A stretch of 64,000 nucleotides of DNA, from positions 36,456-100,455 of the IMG/VR virus record IMGVR_UViG_3300034175_000062; one strand, 5' to 3'. Every line of letters starts with the position of its first letter. Within the stretch, counting starts at the first letter, position 1. The notes beneath the pieces were generated by a model, which saw nothing but the letters and a program-made list of their open reading frames with translations, searched no databases and was not told the origin of the DNA. Position numbers and translations under genes: made by a program. This document shows positions 53,814 to 63,165 of the stretch, in pieces. This stretch comes from a virus.

Positions 53814-54365
53814 TTAGGCCTGACGCAAGGAACTATTTCCAAAAGAGGGTCCAAGCAACTGGCGGGCCTTAATAATAGACGCAGACACGTCGTTCTGGTC
53901 TTCGCCCTTCAGATGCTTATCAAACCGAGCATACAAACCGTACTCATGGCCATGTGCGTCGATTTCCCACGGATATTCATGGTAGTCCAACCTAGCGATA
54001 TCGATAAGCTGACCATTCCAACGATGTGACTTACCATCGAGCGACTGAGTCTTCTGACCAGAAGCCCATTGTTTGACGTGCGCTAGCTCGTGACCGAGTG
54101 TCTTGAGCATTGGCGCATAAGCCAATTCGCTACATACCGACACAGTGAAGTGCGTTGGCCGGTAATTGTCATCCTCCCATTCACATAGACCACACGTATT
54201 GTATAGCGTAGTCATATTAGCGATCACTACCACGTTCACTTGTAGGAACGAATAGAGATCATCGTATTCATGCATCAGAATCGCCATCATGAACTCTGTT
54301 GCATTCTTCAGCAAAGTGTTGTTGACATCTTTTGCTGAAGCGCGGCCCGATACTTTTACTTTCAC
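53814..54365 (-). CDS. Zn metallopeptidase-like protein
   Basis: TLGHELAHVKQ (HExxH), PWEIDA. Confidence 0.85.
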   Translation of the reverse strand: MKVKVSGRASAKDVNNTLLKNATEFMMAILMHEYDDLYSFLQVNVVVIANMTTLYNTCGLCEWEDDNYRPTHFTVSVCSELAYAPMLKTLGHELAHVKQWASGQKTQSLDGKSHRWNGQLIDIARLDYHEYPWEIDAHGHEYGLYARFDKHLKGEDQNDVSASIIKARQLLGPSFGNSSLRQA

Positions 54366-54565
54366 ACGCAGACTCCGGAAATGCTAACCTCCCAAGCGCG
54401 GCTGGTATCATTACGCCTAAACCCCTGTTGCCCTCCATTCCCAGCGAGACGAACTCCAGTCTGATAGTGGGTTTGGGACACCACCATCTACTTACCTTAT
54501 ATTAGGCATTCTGGGCAATGTAAATAATCAAGATTATATCGGCGGGAACTTTTAGGGAACATTGT

Positions 54566-55228
54566 TTAGCAGAGGGCAGCTAGACGAACAATTTCACCCC
54601 TGTGTTTGTGCGAGTCGGACAGAAACACCTGAGCTGGTTCGTCGTCTACGCCGATAAGAATAGCGAGTTGAGGCACCTCGATGCCGAGCAATTCCTCTAC
54701 CATCATAGCGTAGATCGTCGTCTGAAGGTAATAGCCTGCAACCTTCTCTTCGTCCTTAGGCCATTTCGACGTCTTAAAATCGACGATCGACATGACGCCA
54801 TCAAACTCAGCGAGCATATCAGTACGACCAGCGATGCGCAGCTGATCCGACCATAGACCGAGTTCAATGCCACGAATGACACCGACACGACTATCAAGGA
54901 CTTTACGCATCGCGCTGAACATAACCATGTTAGATGGCATATGTCCACGAGAGAACTGCTTGTTATTGAGGAGATATTGCTCTATGATGGCGTGAACCGC
55001 AGTTCCGCGTCTTTTTGCTTGGGTTGATCGTTTCTCAACCTCAGCTTCACCAACTCGAGCCTTCCATTCGTCTAGCCAGGAGTTATCCGTGTGCTTACCG
55101 AGGAAAGTGGTGACTGACTGATATCGATTACCAGCCGGAGTACAATAGAACCTACCGTTCGGTGTGTCTTCGTTTACGATAGTGGGTAGGTTAACAAAAT
55201 CGTGTTCGTACGTCTTAGTTAGAAACAT
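54566..55228 (-). CDS. PD-(D/E)XK exonuclease (Cas4/RecB-like)
   Basis: Y.SVTT.L, RGT..H...E.YL, AGR.D, IVDFKTS, Y.LQ...YA. Confidence 0.92.
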   Translation of the reverse strand: MFLTKTYEHDFVNLPTIVNEDTPNGRFYCTPAGNRYQSVTTFLGKHTDNSWLDEWKARVGEAEVEKRSTQAKRRGTAVHAIIEQYLLNNKQFSRGHMPSNMVMFSAMRKVLDSRVGVIRGIELGLWSDQLRIAGRTDMLAEFDGVMSIVDFKTSKWPKDEEKVAGYYLQTTIYAMMVEELLGIEVPQLAILIGVDDEPAQVFLSDSHKHRGEIVRLAALC

Positions 55229-55473
55229 TATCGTCCAATATATTCGACTTCAAGAAAGTTATGACCAGCTAGCGACCAAGTACATCCACCGCTCTGCCAT
55301 AAGAACAGAATCTCAGGACCCCAGTCGCTGTTCCACTTGACTTCTCCACCGAGTGGAGTAACAGAGCCGATTGGATATAGTCCAGCTATAACACCACGGT
55401 TGCCGATCAAACTAACGACCTTATCGCCAATGCGAAGGTCTTCAAACGGCACATCTTTAATCTTCACGTTCAA
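55228..55473 (-). CDS. Hypothetical protein
   Basis: TAATG-coupled. Confidence 0.6.
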   Translation of the reverse strand: MNVKIKDVPFEDLRIGDKVVSLIGNRGVIAGLYPIGSVTPLGGEVKWNSDWGPEILFLWQSGGCTWSLAGHNFLEVEYIGR

Positions 55474-55479
55474 TACTCA

Positions 55480-55516
55480 CAAAAAAGCCGGTACAGTAGT
55501 TATACCATACCGGCTC
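55480..55516 (-). terminator. Intrinsic terminator after phoH
   Basis: AGCCGGTA...TACCGGCT with U6. Confidence 0.7.
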
Positions 55517-55523
55517 AAAAATG

Positions 55524-56270
55524 TCAACAAGTGACTCTTAGTTCGTCCTTCTTGATGATGTACTCCTTAACAAGAGCAGAGCGGACGATGTCACCCTTTT
55601 CGAACTCGATGAATTCGAATGACTTCATTCCTGCGATGACTCGCATGAAGTCTCGGAGACCTGCCTTCTCTTGATCCTTCGTGAAGTCCGACTGACGGAA
55701 GTCTCCACAGAAGATGATCCTTGTGTTCTTACCGACTCGGGTCATAACTGAATCGAGTTCGTGCAGACTCATGTTCTGCATCTCATCGACGATTACGATC
55801 GAATCGTTAAGGGTTACACCGCGAATGAAGCTAGTTGAGATGAACTCTACTAGTCCCTTCTTAGTTAGTACGTCGTAAGCATCACCACGACCAAATAGCT
55901 CGGAACAGATCTGGCTATATGGTGCTTCATAGACCGCGGCTTTCTCTTTCGAGTTGCCTGGTAGGAATCCCATCTCACGAGTAGGAACGACCGACCTGAC
56001 TATGACGACTTTTCTTTGACTAGAGAGACCTGACAGAATGTCTCGAAGGGCAAGGTAGAGGGCGAGGAAGGATTTTCCTGTTCCGGCGATACCGTGTTCC
56101 ATGAGGTTCATACCACTCTCATATGCTTCAAACGTTAGACGTTGCTTCATAGTGAGTGGACTGATCTTAGCGAGGTTTAGTCCACAATTTGGTGTGTTCT
56201 GAACTTCTTCAGTCTGCTGTCGTAGTAGTCTCTTTTCACGCTTGGTCATGCGTGGGGTTACATTAGTCAT
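55524..56270 (-). CDS. phoH: PhoH-family ATPase
   Basis: G.AGTGKS, GFLPG, FIRG.T, VDEMQN, TRVG, GD..QSD, DIVRS.LV. Confidence 0.95.
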   Translation of the reverse strand: MTNVTPRMTKREKRLLRQQTEEVQNTPNCGLNLAKISPLTMKQRLTFEAYESGMNLMEHGIAGTGKSFLALYLALRDILSGLSSQRKVVIVRSVVPTREMGFLPGNSKEKAAVYEAPYSQICSELFGRGDAYDVLTKKGLVEFISTSFIRGVTLNDSIVIVDEMQNMSLHELDSVMTRVGKNTRIIFCGDFRQSDFTKDQEKAGLRDFMRVIAGMKSFEFIEFEKGDIVRSALVKEYIIKKDELRVTC

Positions 56271-56293
56271 TTACGTTCTCTTGGTTAAGAGAC

Positions 56294-56530
56294 TCAATAT
56301 GTATTGATATTCGACCGAGGGGCATCCTTCTTGACCTTACGAAGGATCTCTCTGAAACCTTCGTCTGGTTTACGAACGCCGAGCTTAACAGAGTCGCCAA
56401 GCGGGGGAGCGTGACGAATGATAGACTCAAGTTCAGGGTGATCGGCGAGATATTGTTCACGTTCGGAGATCTTTAGGAACTCCTCGTGTTCATCACCTGT
56501 CTCAATGTTGCGGAAAGTGTACGTAGGAAT
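56294..56530 (-). CDS. FmdB-like T4-type small protein, ATT start (not in ORF track)
   Basis: (M)PTYTFRNIETG.E.EEF..ISE..QYL...P....,KPD.GF.E.L.K.K. Confidence 0.75.
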   Translation of the reverse strand: MPTYTFRNIETGDEHEEFLKISEREQYLADHPELESIIRHAPPLGDSVKLGVRKPDEGFREILRKVKKDAPRSNINTY

Positions 56531-56679
56531 TAGTCGTAGTCCTCATCGGTGAAGTAGCTCGTGTCCCTAGTTCGCAATGCGTTATTGAACTTTGTTTTCT
56601 TGGGATCACGTCGTTCTATGAGCGCGTCTTTGTCGTCGTCCCAGTAATTGTTCTTACGGAACTTCTTGATCTTGCTCAT
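56530..56679 (-). CDS. 49-aa hypothetical protein (not in ORF track)
   Basis: MSKIKKFRKNNYWDDD..., TAA overlaps next start. Confidence 0.6.
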   Translation of the reverse strand: MSKIKKFRKNNYWDDDKDALIERRDPKKTKFNNALRTRDTSYFTDEDYD

Positions 56680-57088
56680 ACGGAATTAGTCCTGGGAACG
56701 CTTCTTCAATTACAGATGGTGTGAGACCCTTTGGCAGCTTGCGCTCCTTAACTAGAAGGAGTAGTTCTGCATCCGCGGGTGCGATAGACTCGAGTATCTC
56801 GATAAAGATGTTCTCGAGCTTAGTTGGCTTCAGACGAACACCATTGTCATTAACAAAGAGATAAAGACGACGCAGCTCCTTATAGAGCATACCCTGGCTG
56901 TCATGAAAAGCTGATGGCTTGTACGGTGGATTGCCGTCTGGAAGGTTCCAGGTGATCGCTGGATGGAGTGCGTATTGGATAAGATCTTGGAGGGCTTTTG
57001 AACTATGCTGTTGAAGCACAGCAGCTCGATCTTTCCTGGTCTTTTGCAGAGACGCTCGATCGAGAATCTCGCTTAGTCCCAATGTCAT
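56654..57088 (-). CDS. Conserved T4-like hypothetical protein
   Basis: SEIL, LP.G.PPY, L..E.R.LY.F, E..FI..LE.....AELL, EAFPGL. Confidence 0.85.
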   Translation of the reverse strand: MTLGLSEILDRASLQKTRKDRAAVLQQHSSKALQDLIQYALHPAITWNLPDGNPPYKPSAFHDSQGMLYKELRRLYLFVNDNGVRLKPTKLENIFIEILESIAPADAELLLLVKERKLPKGLTPSVIEEAFPGLIPYEQDQEVP

Positions 57089-57146
57089 GAAATAGGTCCT
57101 TGATGTCGAAATAAGTGGGTAGCCTTGATGTGCTACCACTTATTTA

Positions 57147-57359
57147 TCAAGCATTCAGCTTATTGAGAGCTTCAGTCAGGATTTCGATGGCCTTAGCACG
57201 AGTAAGGTCGATGTGAGTGGTTTCGCCACACCATGCCATACCGTCTTGGAGCTTAGAATCTGCACGAACAGTAACACGAACTGTCTCGCCATCTTCTGAG
57301 ATATTGATGTAGTCTGGGTAGATCGGCTTGATAGAAGTGTAAGCTACGATAGTCTTCAT
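57147..57359 (-). CDS. Hypothetical protein
   Basis: 70 aa in operon. Confidence 0.7.
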   Translation of the reverse strand: MKTIVAYTSIKPIYPDYINISEDGETVRVTVRADSKLQDGMAWCGETTHIDLTRAKAIEILTEALNKLNA

Positions 57360-57370
57360 TGTTTGCTTTC

Positions 57371-58231
57371 TTAGAAGTCCTGGACGTTTTCCATCAGGTG
57401 CTTCATACGGTTCTTGATGAGGTAGTTGAAGATCTTTGAACGATCTTTGCCACCCTGGTTGTTGTACTCTTCGAGTACTGCTGCCTGAAGATGCTCAGGC
57501 GTGAATGTGAGATCGATCATCTGCTGGTTACGCAGATAGTTGCGGTGGACCTCTGGGTTCTCCCAGACGCCGGTCTTGATGCTCTCTTTGAAAGCAGCAA
57601 CCCGCTTCTTGGTCATGGTGCCTTGGCGAATCTTTAGTACGAGACTATTGTCAGCCGACAGTACATTAGGGACGCCGTCACCAGAGTCACCACCGAGAAT
57701 TAGTTCGTTAAGATAGTTGGTCGGGTCATTCTCACGCATAGAACGATTACGGACCGGATCATATTGGTCCACGTTCATGTACGTCTGAAGCTGGCGGAAG
57801 TCCTTATCGCCCGACATGATAAGGATCGGATGACCACCAGGAATATCGCTACCGAAGTGATGGCATAGAGTGCCGATGACATCATCAGCCTCGCAACCAA
57901 GAACAGAGATACAACGATAAGGGAAGTACTCGAGGAGGTCTTGACGCATCTCGTGCAGACCCTCGAAGATGCTATCCCAGTCGAGGGTAGACTTCTCACG
58001 ATCGGTCTTGCGGTTGCCCTTGTAATAAGGGAAGTACTCGACACGCCAGTTCTTAGCCGATTCCATGGCCAGAACGAGTTCACCGTACTTAGCGAAGTAC
58101 TTAGTGCGATATCCCTTCAAGGACGTCAGCACCATATGCTTCAACATGGAAGTCTCGACTTTACCGCCAGACTTACCCATCTGGACCATGATGTTCGAAA
58201 CCATAACCTGCTGAAGGTCGACAATGATCAT
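57371..58231 (-). CDS. rnh: T4-type RNase H (5'-3' exonuclease)
   Basis: WR...FPYYK..R, EADDVIG, S.DKDF.QL, GD.GDG.PN.LS, RN...IDL. Confidence 0.95.
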   Translation of the reverse strand: MIIVDLQQVMVSNIMVQMGKSGGKVETSMLKHMVLTSLKGYRTKYFAKYGELVLAMESAKNWRVEYFPYYKGNRKTDREKSTLDWDSIFEGLHEMRQDLLEYFPYRCISVLGCEADDVIGTLCHHFGSDIPGGHPILIMSGDKDFRQLQTYMNVDQYDPVRNRSMRENDPTNYLNELILGGDSGDGVPNVLSADNSLVLKIRQGTMTKKRVAAFKESIKTGVWENPEVHRNYLRNQQMIDLTFTPEHLQAAVLEEYNNQGGKDRSKIFNYLIKNRMKHLMENVQDF

Positions 58232-58239
58232 TATGTATG

Positions 58240-58596
58240 TTACCTTGAGGGCGGCTCTACCGTAGCAGAGAAGCGAATTTGTAGCTCAGGAAGAGTACGG
58301 AGGAGACCGTCACCAGTCTCCTCGAATAGGTCTTCAGCGAGCTCTTGGACTGGATGGTAGTTGCCGTTGAGCTTCATGATGAACGACCTAATAGACTCTA
58401 CCACAATAGCTATATCCTTAGTATAATCCAATTCATCAGAATTGTCAATATCAAAGCCAAGATATGCGAGCTCATCAAACAGATCACCGGATATATCGGC
58501 AACTATCTGCTGGACGTGGAGTGTTCTAACTTGCTCGTCTTGAGCTACGTTAATCGATTTAGATGTGGCCCATGGGCCGAGGATCACATTGGACAT
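58240..58596 (-). CDS. Conserved hypothetical protein
   Basis: MSNVI..PW, KD....ES.RS......HP.Q. Confidence 0.75.
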   Translation of the reverse strand: MSNVILGPWATSKSINVAQDEQVRTLHVQQIVADISGDLFDELAYLGFDIDNSDELDYTKDIAIVVESIRSFIMKLNGNYHPVQELAEDLFEETGDGLLRTLPELQIRFSATVEPPSR

Positions 58597-58623
58597 AGAG
58601 AACTCTTTGTTGAGACTCTATAT

Positions 58624-59622
58624 TTATGATGCTGAATAGACGAAGGATGGCTTAGGCAAACCTACGTCCATATTGCTTGAGATCAGGTTCTGCAGAAGCG
58701 CAGTCCAATCATTCGCGCGACGCTCCCAGTTGTAGACGTCATTAGCGAGCATGCTCTGAGTTTGAAGAGCAAGCAGTTGATGATCTTGATGGAACTGCTC
58801 GATCGACATATCAAGGATGTGATAGAGTATAGTCGCATGGATGTGAGGAGTCTCGTTGTAACCATACATGCGAGTCATGCTCATCGAAGTCTCTGGCAGA
58901 GCAGCATAGTTCGGATGAACGCATAGAAGGCCAGCAGACATAGCCTCGATCAGACACAAGCAAGAGGTTTCCTGCCACGTGCTTGGATAAGCGAAGATCT
59001 GCGCTGAGCTTACTGCTTTACGTACTTCTTCATTAGAAGCGGTACCAAAGTAGTTGATCTTCGGATGAGCCCTCAGAGCATCAAACAGCTCTTTATGCTG
59101 CTCGTCCCTCTGTTCCCAACCATAGAGCTTGAATGACGAATAGACATCAAGTTCGATATTCTCATGCTTCTCAGCGAGAGCAGCAAATGTCGAATAGAGG
59201 ATGTTCAACCCACGATGTGGAGTCGAAGTATAGATCAGCTTGATCTTATTGTCTTCGCGTGGAGCTGAGAACTCTAGCGGCACGATCGAGTTAGGAATGA
59301 CAAAGCACTTCGACCACGGGATACCGTAGTAGTTGATATAAGCTTGCTGTTGCCAGTTGCTAACAAATACGAGCACATGGAACTTCTCCCATCCTCCGTT
59401 GCGAAGATGCTCGCTCTCAGGATCACCCGGAAGGTCGTGAAGATACAGGATACGATATTTTGTATCATCCAAGTCACGGACCCTAGAAAAGATTATTTGA
59501 CACTTTTCTAGTAACGCACGTGGCACGGAACCATCGTACAGCCTGTTCTGTAGAAGTTCCGTGCCACCCATTGACTTAGCATTTGTTTCGTTACGTACGA
59601 TTAGATCTTGGTTCATTTTCAT
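58624..59622 (-). CDS. GT-B (GT4-like) glycosyltransferase
   Basis: GGTE, FVS.WQ, IPN, YTS.P.RGL, YPS.W.ETSC...IEAM.AG, ALPET. Confidence 0.92.
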   Translation of the reverse strand: MKMNQDLIVRNETNAKSMGGTELLQNRLYDGSVPRALLEKCQIIFSRVRDLDDTKYRILYLHDLPGDPESEHLRNGGWEKFHVLVFVSNWQQQAYINYYGIPWSKCFVIPNSIVPLEFSAPREDNKIKLIYTSTPHRGLNILYSTFAALAEKHENIELDVYSSFKLYGWEQRDEQHKELFDALRAHPKINYFGTASNEEVRKAVSSAQIFAYPSTWQETSCLCLIEAMSAGLLCVHPNYAALPETSMSMTRMYGYNETPHIHATILYHILDMSIEQFHQDHQLLALQTQSMLANDVYNWERRANDWTALLQNLISSNMDVGLPKPSFVYSAS

Positions 59623-59736
59623 TCTTTAGTTTGCGAAGGGCACCACCAACAAATTCCCAACCTTCATCAAATAGCGCCTCGATGTCAAGGTTGAGATATA
59701 AAGCCTCGGATACGGCCAGCCATTCATATTCGTCAG

Positions 59737-60129
59737 TCATGTTAACTCGATCAGATCGGTTGAGCGATCAATGAATTTGTATACGATATGCTTAACGTCG
59801 AAGTAGGACTTGATGAAGTCGACTACCTCTTCTGGCGTATAAGGAGCACAACTGTAAAGGTCGAACTCAAAGAGTCCGGTGTCATTCCAGATATGAACGA
59901 CTGAATTACTGGTTGTGAGTAGGATGTCGCCAGTGACACCCTCATTGCCTGGTTCGTCGCAGTATAGCGCCCTGGCAGGCATTAGCACCTTCATACGAAC
60001 ATGGTCGACTAGGGCAGTTAGGAAAGTAGTTACGTGGTCGACCTGATCGCGAGTAGGTGGATTCGCTATCTCAGCTCGTACCATGAGGTGAAGATGTGCT
60101 GAAGGCATCTCATGGGAACTCCGGGGCAT
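59737..60129 (-). CDS. speD: S-adenosylmethionine decarboxylase-like proenzyme, atypical active site
   Basis: H.HL, G..G.TG...L.TS....H.W, FDLYSC. Confidence 0.8.
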   Translation of the reverse strand: MPRSSHEMPSAHLHLMVRAEIANPPTRDQVDHVTTFLTALVDHVRMKVLMPARALYCDEPGNEGVTGDILLTTSNSVVHIWNDTGLFEFDLYSCAPYTPEEVVDFIKSYFDVKHIVYKFIDRSTDLIELT

Positions 60130-60178
60130 GTTGGAAGAATGTAACGAGTGCTACAAACTTTATTTATGCCCCGCAGAA

Positions 60179-60400
60179 TCAATCCTCGTTCATCACCATG
60201 CTGAGGATCTCGAGGGTAAAGTCGATGATCTCTGACGTTTCGCGAGTATTGAGCTCTTCGATCAGCTTGGTACGACCATCTTGGTAAGCTTGTTCTTTGC
60301 CGACTGTAGATTCATCGATCATGCAGATAGCAGCAAAGATGCCGCTTACAGGAAACTTCTTCAGTTCTTCAGGATTAAAAGCGTGTTCTTCAGTTGTCAT
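60179..60400 (-). CDS. Hypothetical protein
   Basis: MTTEEH...; start reassigned. Confidence 0.6.
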   Translation of the reverse strand: MTTEEHAFNPEELKKFPVSGIFAAICMIDESTVGKEQAYQDGRTKLIEELNTRETSEIIDFTLEILSMVMNED

Positions 60401-60632
60401 TAGCAGCTTTCTCAGCTTGTGCATCTTCCCAGAGCTGTTCGCCTGATGGGAGCTCTCGGATGATGATAGGATCGTTAGCCTGCATATACCAGTCAGGCGC
60501 AGACGCCGCCGTGTTACGGCTATTGAACTTAGCCACGTACTTATCAGCGTTAACCAGTTCACGGAAGTACATAGAGAAGTCGCGCCTGGAACCCCAACCA
60601 CGCTCATATTCATAGACGTCTACACGAAACAT
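60390..60632 (-). CDS. Conserved phage hypothetical protein
   Basis: E.ERGWG......F.....A......FN..N....APDWY..A. Confidence 0.8.
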   Translation of the reverse strand: MFRVDVYEYERGWGSRRDFSMYFRELVNADKYVAKFNSRNTAASAPDWYMQANDPIIIRELPSGEQLWEDAQAEKAANDN

Positions 60633-60635
60633 AAT

Positions 60636-60824
60636 TTATACCGATATGATTGAGACGCAGATGTCTTGTTCTACGTCATACAGTGGGGATAATGGGCCTT
60701 TGCCACCACGTGTTAATTTAGTGACATCATAGCCCATAGCCAATAGTTCATCGATAGCCTCAGCTTCAGTTTGATGAAGCTCGCCTGACTCACTATCTTT
60801 GATAAGCGGGCAGTAGAAGATCAT
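60636..60824 (-). CDS. Small acidic protein (paralog of next)
   Basis: H.T......L...GY......L.D.EQ.I. Confidence 0.65.
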   Translation of the reverse strand: MIFYCPLIKDSESGELHQTEAEAIDELLAMGYDVTKLTRGGKGPLSPLYDVEQDICVSIISV

Positions 60825-61171
60825 CCAACTTCTGGTTCAGTTGGAGTCTCAGGATCGACTGGCGGCTCTTCAGGGAGAACCGGATCTGTCACGATTGGGT
60901 CGATGAAAGGACCTTCTGGCGCGATCGGCCTGCTCTCATTGAGGAAGATCGGCTCAGGAATAGCATCGTTCTCTTCAACGTAGATGGCTTCATCTACCGG
61001 GATGAAGTGAGCGATGGTGATGTTCTGCTCTAGATCCTCGAGGTAGCCGAAGATGCTAGTAGTGAAATTGTCGATATTGTAGCCGCTGTTCTTCAGATCT
61101 TCGTAAACTGCATCGAGCGTGTCATGAACATCTAGTAGATCGCTGCCGTTAATAATTGCTTGGTACTTCAT
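60821..61171 (-). CDS. Acidic protein with Pro/Glu-rich tail
   Basis: GGAG RBS. Confidence 0.7.
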   Translation of the reverse strand: MKYQAIINGSDLLDVHDTLDAVYEDLKNSGYNIDNFTTSIFGYLEDLEQNITIAHFIPVDEAIYVEENDAIPEPIFLNESRPIAPEGPFIDPIVTDPVLPEEPPVDPETPTEPEVG

Positions 61172-61324
61172 TCAAACTCCGTTATCTCATCGAATTCGTC
61201 ATTCCAGGGCATACCACGATTCACGTAGTCGTCTATAGCCTCTTGCGGAATTACAGGAACTTCATCATTCATATTCGTGTCCTTCAAGATCTTTATAACA
61301 CAAATACTTAGGAAAGTAAAGGGC

Positions 61325-61801
61325 TTAAATTACGTTCAACTTCCTAAGCTGATCAATAGAATCATCAACAGAAGTATGTAGAATAAAAATGCCATCGTTG
61401 TTCTCCCAAACGTGCTTGTGCTTGTTCCAGTCATCAACGATGATATTGAGGGCGCCTGGTTCCATATGCTTGAACTTGTCGCGCGACGGACAAGTGATCA
61501 TTGGTACACCTGGGAAGTATTTATCACGCCAGCCGAGCTTCTGAGCCTGCGACCAATCCCCTACTGGAACTCCGGTAAGAATCGTTGGATCGAGGTGCTT
61601 GACTGCTTCATACAGACGGTGCGCATCGTTCATGACGGGCAGGTTGCCGAAGAAGTTATCAGCCGAACTGATCACCTTCCAGAAGGCTTTCGTGCCATTA
61701 GCATCTTCGAATGAGCGTGGGTGCAAGCCAGTGGCCGCGATAAAAGCTGCGTCGAAGTCCGCAAGGACACCATCGCAGTCGAGAAACATCTTGATCTTCA
61801 T
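61325..61801 (-). CDS. HAD 5'(3')-deoxyribonucleotidase-like protein
   Basis: DCDGVLADF, ILTG, K..W, IVDD. Confidence 0.88.
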   Translation of the reverse strand: MKIKMFLDCDGVLADFDAAFIAATGLHPRSFEDANGTKAFWKVISSADNFFGNLPVMNDAHRLYEAVKHLDPTILTGVPVGDWSQAQKLGWRDKYFPGVPMITCPSRDKFKHMEPGALNIIVDDWNKHKHVWENNDGIFILHTSVDDSIDQLRKLNVI

Positions 61802-62082
61802 TAGATTTCCACTGGAACTGGGAGACGAACATTATTAAAGGAGATAACCTTAGCGACGCCATCGTAATCAACCACTAGCTCTAGCTCAATCTCAGCACCA
61901 GCATATTGAAAGTTTGCAAGTGCAGCATCAGACAGCTTTAGAGCTTTAGCAGCATCGCGCATCTCATCTTTTGTTGTATGGACATACAACCTAGTGTACT
62001 TAGGGTTACGCACTTGAATCTCTTCAGCAACTTCTTCAAGAAGTGCGACTAGTTCTTCGCGCGATAGTTCTGAAAGGTTCAT
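61801..62082 (-). CDS. Hypothetical protein
   Basis: AAGGA RBS; start reassigned. Confidence 0.7.
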   Translation of the reverse strand: MNLSELSREELVALLEEVAEEIQVRNPKYTRLYVHTTKDEMRDAAKALKLSDAALANFQYAGAEIELELVVDYDGVAKVISFNNVRLPVPVEI

Positions 62083-62125
62083 TACAATCCTTGTTGGGAG
62101 AGGAGCGATAACTCCCCTCTCCCGT

Positions 62126-62479
62126 TTACACAAGTTCCAACGTCACTCTAGCGACGCCAGCTTGGAGCATACCAATTGACCGTGCGGCTCCCCGCGACAG
62201 ATCTATGGCGTGCGATTTCACGAATGGTCCCCGATCATTGATCCTCACGACCACTGATCTGCCATTTGTTTGGTTTGTGACTTTAAGCATAGTACCGAAC
62301 TTCATGGTCCGGTGTGCAGCGGTTAGACCATCAGGGCGGAAACGCTCACCTGATGCAGTTCTAGAACCGTAGTCGTAATACGAAGCAATAACCGTACTAG
62401 GTTGATTACTTTGAATCGCTAGACTCGGCGTAGACCATAAGGCCATACCGAGTAGAGCTGTGACACACATTTTGCGCAT
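62126..62479 (-). CDS. rlpA: RlpA-like (DPBB) lytic transglycosylase, secreted
   Basis: ASYY, TASGE.F....LTAAHRT..FGT, V.V.INDRGPF, IDLS..AA..IG. Confidence 0.93.
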   Translation of the reverse strand: MRKMCVTALLGMALWSTPSLAIQSNQPSTVIASYYDYGSRTASGERFRPDGLTAAHRTMKFGTMLKVTNQTNGRSVVVRINDRGPFVKSHAIDLSRGAARSIGMLQAGVARVTLELV

Positions 62480-62577
62480 CGTTGTTGCCTTTCCTTGTTA
62501 AGGGGATTGGTACAACGGTCAGCATCTTGTTTGTACTCAGCTAGCTATCTTAGCTACCTATCCGATTGTCCCTATAG

Positions 62578-62838
62578 TCAGGGAGCAGGAGTGAGAACAG
62601 ACGTGATAGAGTCTAGACGGAATGAGCGCCATGCACTCTTATCAACGTCCCATACGATCATACGCTCTTCGGCAGATACGTTGGTAGTCGACTCTTCGAT
62701 GTCTTGTTGTGGCGGCAAGAGGTCTGCACGAAGGGTGCAACGCATCTTACGAGTCTCGCCACTGACCTTTGTAAAGTTTACTTCAACGACATTATCAACC
62801 AGTCGTTCAAGCATCTCAGTTTTGTTAAGCAAATTCAT
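62578..62838 (-). CDS. WYL_2/SH3-barrel protein
   Basis: V.FTK..GE.R.M.CTL, VWD.....WRSFR.D. Confidence 0.85.
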   Translation of the reverse strand: MNLLNKTEMLERLVDNVVEVNFTKVSGETRKMRCTLRADLLPPQQDIEESTTNVSAEERMIVWDVDKSAWRSFRLDSITSVLTPAP

Positions 62839-62856
62839 AACATAATCCCCGCTCGT

Positions 62857-63096
62857 TTAGCCGAGCTGTTTTACTAGATCTTCGTACCCACCGATCTTAA
62901 GCTCATTGCCTCCTTCGGAGATCAGCTTGATTTGTGGGAACGTCTTGGCACTAGGGAACTGTTCTAGTAGTTCCTCCCTAGTGAACTCCCGTCCGAGTTT
63001 GAATTCTTTGAACGGAAGATCTCGTTGGGTAAGGAGTGCGACTGCCATGAAGCAATACTTGCACGCGTCCTTACCATAAATGTGGTATTCGAACAT
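62857..63096 (-). CDS. nrdC: Glutaredoxin
   Basis: CKYC, TFPQI, IGGY.DL. Confidence 0.93.
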   Translation of the reverse strand: MFEYHIYGKDACKYCFMAVALLTQRDLPFKEFKLGREFTREELLEQFPSAKTFPQIKLISEGGNELKIGGYEDLVKQLG

Positions 63097-63165
63097 GTGG
63101 TGAGGGTAACCTTTACTATAGCAATAGTATATACTAATGTGCCGGAAATGTCAAATCGAAATTAT

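Noticed and set aside
54566-55228. Cas4-like nuclease as part of a CRISPR-Cas system
   Set aside because: No array or other cas genes; this exonuclease is a standard T4-like gene near phoH
56263-56460. 65-aa ORF in the track
   Set aside because: Wrong frame; the recognisable protein is the ATT-started 56294-56530
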